The notes beneath the pieces are model-generated. The model was not told the origin of the DNA, ran no database searches, and saw only the letters and a program-made list of their open reading frames with translations. Source: Gemmatimonadaceae bacterium (lineage in GTDB: Bacteria > Gemmatimonadota > Gemmatimonadetes > Gemmatimonadales > Gemmatimonadaceae). Taken from it: a stretch of 64,000 bases of DNA. How positions within the stretch are numbered: the first letter of the stretch is position 1; each line of letters begins with the position of its first letter. A program made the translations under genes and the position numbers. This document shows positions 60,192-64,000 of the stretch, piece by piece. The stretch spans positions 1-64,000 of the forward strand of contig JBBDYC010000017.1 in the NCBI GenBank assembly GCA_040901985.1, in the 5' to 3' direction.

Positions 60192-60512
60192 ATGGGCACC
60201 GCCAATCTCGCTGAGATCCCGTTCTTCGCCGAGCTCCCTGACCAACTCCTCTGGCATCTCGGCCGCGCCGCCGAAACGGTCTCCTACGCACCCGATGACC
60301 GTCTCTTTCGGAGCGGAAGTCCGCGGCAGGCCATCTGGGTGATCCTCGAAGGCACGCTCGCCATCGAAACCGCCTTCGGCGACCTGCCGACGCGCTTGGC
60401 GACCCTCGGGGCCGGCGACGTGATCGGCGAGAGTCTCCTCCTGCAGGACGAGACGCACCACACCGAAGGGCGCGTCCTCCAGCCGCTCAAGGCGCTGCGC
60501 TTCGACCGCGCG
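60192..60512 (+). CDS. Cyclic-nucleotide-binding domain, out of frame with downstream aspartase
   Basis: IPFFAEL, LFRSG, VILEG, LGAGDVIGE.LL; after LRFDRA the frame runs into non-homologous sequence to a stop at 60608. Confidence 0.75.
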
Positions 60513-60522
60513 GTCGGCCCGG

Positions 60523-61995
60523 GTGATCGCCGACCGCCTCAAGCGCGCCGACGCGTCCATTTCCGGTCGCAACCGGCTGGCCGGCTTCGGCGGTCCGACG
60601 CGCCGTGAGCACGACCTGCTCGGCGAGCGCGAGGTCCCTGAGGCTGCGCTCTACGGCGTACAGACCCTCCGCGCGATCGAGAACTTCCCGATCACCGGCG
60701 TCACCCTGCAGGCGTTTCCCGAACTCATCACCGCGCTCGCCCAGGTGAAGGAGGCGGCGGCACGCGCCAATCACGACCTCGGCCATCTCACCGACGACGT
60801 CGCCGACGCGATCATCCGCGCCTGCCACGAAATCCAGACCGGTGCGCACCACGAGCACTTTCGCGTGGACATGGTCCAGGGCGGCGCCGGCACCTCGACC
60901 AACATGAACGCCAACGAGGTCATCGCCAACCGCGCGCTCGAGCTCCTCGGCGAGCCGCGCGGCAACTACGATCGCGTCCACCCGAACAGCCACGTCAACC
61001 TCGCGCAGAGCACCAACGACGTCTATCCCACCGCGGTCCGGCTCGCGTTGCACTATGCGATCGGCGGGCTGCAGCAGCAGATGCGCGGCCTCGTCGCCGC
61101 CTTCCTCGCCAAGGGCGCCGAGTTCACGCACCACGTGAAGATGGGCCGCACGCAGCTGCAGGACGCCGTGCCGATGACGCTCGGCCAGGAGTTCGCCGCC
61201 TTCGGCCACACCATCGCCGAGGACGTGGATCGGCTCGAGGAGGCGAAGGCGCTGATCCGCGAGATCAATATGGGTGCGACCGCGATCGGCACCGGCATCA
61301 ACGCGCCCGCCGGGTACGCCGAACACGTCCGGGAACACCTGTCGAAGGTGACCGGCCTCCAGCTGATCACCGCTCCCGACCTCGTCGAGGCGACCAGCGA
61401 CACCGGCGCGCTCGTCCAGCTCTCCGGCGTCCTCAAGCGCTGCGCGGTGAAGCTCTCGAAGATCTGCAACGACCTGCGGCTCCTCTCGAGCGGCCCCCGG
61501 GCCGGCTTCGGCGAGATCAGCCTCCCGACAATGCAACCAGGGTCGAGCATCATGCCGGGCAAGGTCAACCCGGTGATTCCCGAGGCGGTCAACCAGGTTT
61601 GCTTTGACGTGATCGGTGGCGATATGACGGTCACGATGGCCGCCGAGGCGGGGCAACTGCAGTTGAATGTGTTCGAGCCGATCATCGTGTTCCGGCTTCT
61701 GCGCCACATCAGCGCGCTCCGGAACGCCTGCCGCATCCTGAACGAGAAGTGTGTCGTCGGCATCGAGGCCAACCCGGCCGTGATGCGCAACTTCGTGGAC
61801 CGCTCGATCGGCCTCGTCACCGCCCTTGTTCCTACGCTGGGGTACGACCAGTGCACGGCCCTGGCGAAGGAGGCGCTCGACACCGGCCGCGGCGTCGCTG
61901 AGCTCGTGCTCGAGCAGAAGCTCCTGACCCGAAAGCAGCTCGATGCGATCCTTGACCCGAAGCAGATGACGGTCGGACCGCAGAAAAAGCGGTAG
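60523..61995 (+). CDS. aspA: Aspartate ammonia-lyase
   Basis: EHDLLG, YGVQTLRAIENF, QGGAGTSTNMNANEV, KMGRTQLQDAVP, SSIMPGKVNP. Confidence 0.95.
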   Translation: MIADRLKRADASISGRNRLAGFGGPTRREHDLLGEREVPEAALYGVQTLRAIENFPITGVTLQAFPELITALAQVKEAAARANHDLGHLTDDVADAIIRACHEIQTGAHHEHFRVDMVQGGAGTSTNMNANEVIANRALELLGEPRGNYDRVHPNSHVNLAQSTNDVYPTAVRLALHYAIGGLQQQMRGLVAAFLAKGAEFTHHVKMGRTQLQDAVPMTLGQEFAAFGHTIAEDVDRLEEAKALIREINMGATAIGTGINAPAGYAEHVREHLSKVTGLQLITAPDLVEATSDTGALVQLSGVLKRCAVKLSKICNDLRLLSSGPRAGFGEISLPTMQPGSSIMPGKVNPVIPEAVNQVCFDVIGGDMTVTMAAEAGQLQLNVFEPIIVFRLLRHISALRNACRILNEKCVVGIEANPAVMRNFVDRSIGLVTALVPTLGYDQCTALAKEALDTGRGVAELVLEQKLLTRKQLDAILDPKQMTVGPQKKR

Positions 61996-62032
61996 GGCGC
62001 GGTTACCCTCACACCTCTCACCTGGTGGTAAG

Positions 62033-62407
62033 ATGGCTGGCCTGAAGCTCGACGGCGCGGGCGCGCAGAAGATGAAGACGATCGAGGAATCGCTGGTGAC
62101 CATCCAGACCATCCACGGCCTGGTGGAGCGGATGGCCATCGAGGTCAAGAACAACAAGGGCGCGGGCTCGATTCCCTCGGCGATCAAGCGGATTTCCATC
62201 CCGTTGCAGGGCCAGTTGAAGGGCCAGTTCGGCCCGATTGCCGACATCGTCTCGGCGATGATCCTGGCGCTCGGGCGCGGGGGCGGCGACCAGGTCCGCG
62301 TCCGCACGGCGCGCGAATACGTCGGGATGCTCCGGCAGGCGCTCGACTTCGCGCAGAACAAGGTCAAGAAGGATCATTCCGTGGCGATCGAGACCTCGGG
62401 CGACTGA
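62033..62407 (+). CDS. Hypothetical helical protein
   Basis: Coherent 124-aa ORF with host-like codon use. Confidence 0.7.
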   Translation: MAGLKLDGAGAQKMKTIEESLVTIQTIHGLVERMAIEVKNNKGAGSIPSAIKRISIPLQGQLKGQFGPIADIVSAMILALGRGGGDQVRVRTAREYVGMLRQALDFAQNKVKKDHSVAIETSGD

Positions 62408-62541
62408 TCCGGCAGGCGGTGTTCGCCTTGCCCCTCCCCCAAGGCCGGGATAACTTCTCCCGGTTCCAATCCACGTCCCAAATTGGCGGTCGCGACCGAC
62501 GGTCCGTGGTCGCGGTGCTATTCCCCCAGCCACGAGACCCG

Positions 62542-63786
62542 ATGTCGATGCTGCGCCTGCGCCAGGCAGCACCAGCGATGCTCATTGCGGCCATCCTGCT
62601 GGCGCTCACCGCGTGCGGTACGGAGTATCCGAACTCCACGTTCAATCACCATACGGATTTCAACGCATCAATCGACGCCCTCTGGGACCTGCTGCTCTTC
62701 TGGGGCACGATTGTCTTCATCGTCGTCGAGACAGCGCTGGTCGTCACAATCATCCGGTTCCGGAAGCGGCCCGGCGGACCGGCCGCCAAGGCGATCCACG
62801 GCAACGCGGCGCTGGAGATTGCCTGGACGGCCATCCCCGCGGTGATCCTCGTCCTGATTGCCGTGCCCACCGTGCGGACGATCTTCCAGACGCAGGCGCA
62901 GGCGCCGGCCGGCGCGATCACCGTCGAGGTCATCGGCCACCAGTGGTGGTGGGAGTTCCGCTACCCGGAATACGGCATCACCACCGCCAACGAGATTTAC
63001 CTCCCGGTCGGGCGCCCGGCGAACTTCGTGCTCAAGTCGAAGGACGTGATCCATTCATTCTGGATCCCCCAGATGGGCGGCAAGCGCGACGTGATCACGA
63101 ACAGGACGAATTATCTCTGGTTTACGCCCAACGCCGACCTCGGCACGCAGGCGTGGAACGGGTTCTGCGTCGAGTACTGCGGGACGAGCCACGCGAACAT
63201 GCGGTTCCGGCTGTTCACGGTGCAGCCCGAGGAGTTCGCGTCGTGGGCGGCGCACCAGGCCAGGCCTGCGCTCCCGCACACGCCGCCGCCGGCACCACCG
63301 GTCACCCCCACTGCCCGCCGCGGCGGCGCCGCGCAGTCGGCGACCGAGCCGGCGACGGCCGAGGTCGGGTACGTCTTCCCGCGCGAGTTGCTCCCCGACC
63401 ACGTGGTACCGCGGACGCCGATCCCCGCCGGCCTCACCTATGACGACACGCTCCTCCCGCAGGGCGACGCCGCCCGCGGCCAGCAGCTCTTCGTCTTCTG
63501 CATCGCCTGCCACACCGTGCAAGGCAACCCGATGGCGGTCGGCGTCCTCGCGCCCGACCTCACGCACGTCGCGTCCCGGCATACGATTGCCGGCGGGCTC
63601 TTTCCCAACGAGCCGCAGGTCCTCGCGCGCTGGATCAAGAACGCCAAGAAGATGAAGCCCGGCGCCATCATGAACGTGTTCGGCCTCGGCGAGTACGAAC
63701 CCGCCCTCAAGCGCAACGTCACGCAGGGCGGCTTCGATGACCGGCAGATCGCCGACATCGTGGCCTACCTGCAGACGCTCAAGTGA
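62542..63786 (+). CDS. coxB: Cytochrome c oxidase subunit II with fused cytochrome c (caa3 type)
   Basis: Lipobox LTAC; HQWWW, DVIHSF, CVEYCGTSHANM CuA motif; CIACH haem c. Confidence 0.96.
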   Translation: MSMLRLRQAAPAMLIAAILLALTACGTEYPNSTFNHHTDFNASIDALWDLLLFWGTIVFIVVETALVVTIIRFRKRPGGPAAKAIHGNAALEIAWTAIPAVILVLIAVPTVRTIFQTQAQAPAGAITVEVIGHQWWWEFRYPEYGITTANEIYLPVGRPANFVLKSKDVIHSFWIPQMGGKRDVITNRTNYLWFTPNADLGTQAWNGFCVEYCGTSHANMRFRLFTVQPEEFASWAAHQARPALPHTPPPAPPVTPTARRGGAAQSATEPATAEVGYVFPRELLPDHVVPRTPIPAGLTYDDTLLPQGDAARGQQLFVFCIACHTVQGNPMAVGVLAPDLTHVASRHTIAGGLFPNEPQVLARWIKNAKKMKPGAIMNVFGLGEYEPALKRNVTQGGFDDRQIADIVAYLQTLK

Positions 63787-63804
63787 TCCGGAGACCCTGA
63801 GACC

Positions 63805-64000
63805 ATGGCATCCATCGCAGCCGCCGCGCCCGCGTCCGCCGACGACGCGTACTCGGAGCAGACCGGGATCTGGAGCTGGATCACGACGGTCGATCACAAA
63901 CGGATCGGCACGCTCTACCTCTGGACCGCGCTGATTTTCTTCCTGATCGGCGGCCTTGAGGCCGTCCTGCTCCGTACGCAGCTGATGCAGCCCAATATGG
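63805..64000 (+). CDS. coxA: Cytochrome c oxidase subunit I (5' part, truncated by window)
   Basis: Manual translation MASIAAAAPAS...WSWITTVDHKRIGTLYL...GGLEAVLLRTQL. Confidence 0.93.
   Translation, partial: MASIAAAAPASADDAYSEQTGIWSWITTVDHKRIGTLYLWTALIFFLIGGLEAVLLRTQLMQPNM

Overview
GC-rich bacterial chromosome segment; gene content and protein style suggest Gemmatimonadota (inference, not checked). The left end (1-2005) is a chromosomal integron in an atypical co-directional layout: intI, the attI crossover and the cassettes are all on the minus strand, with the array downstream of the intI stop. Cassette 1 is a toxin/DUF2283-antitoxin pair whose toxin frame has no canonical start codon and is missed by the ORF track. 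Cassette 2 is a small membrane protein. A possible gene-less cassette sits at the window edge. Divergent from intI is a metF-metH operon with a sigma70 promoter, a palindromic operator candidate, a SAM-II riboswitch and a terminator hairpin. The rest is core/metabolic: many peptidases and amidohydrolases, a Na+/solute symporter, a polymerase-dead PolX-PHP coupled to nth, a P1B-5-type ATPase with a small upstream ORF, an ECF sigma/anti-sigma/TolC-MacA-MacB operon lacking its ATPase, kup, UPF0182, leuS, an orphan MCP, a frameshifted cNMP-aspartase fusion, an internally deleted M14 peptidase and the start of a caa3 oxidase operon. No rRNA, tRNA, CRISPR or IS was seen. All family calls are from motif recognition by eye, not database searches.
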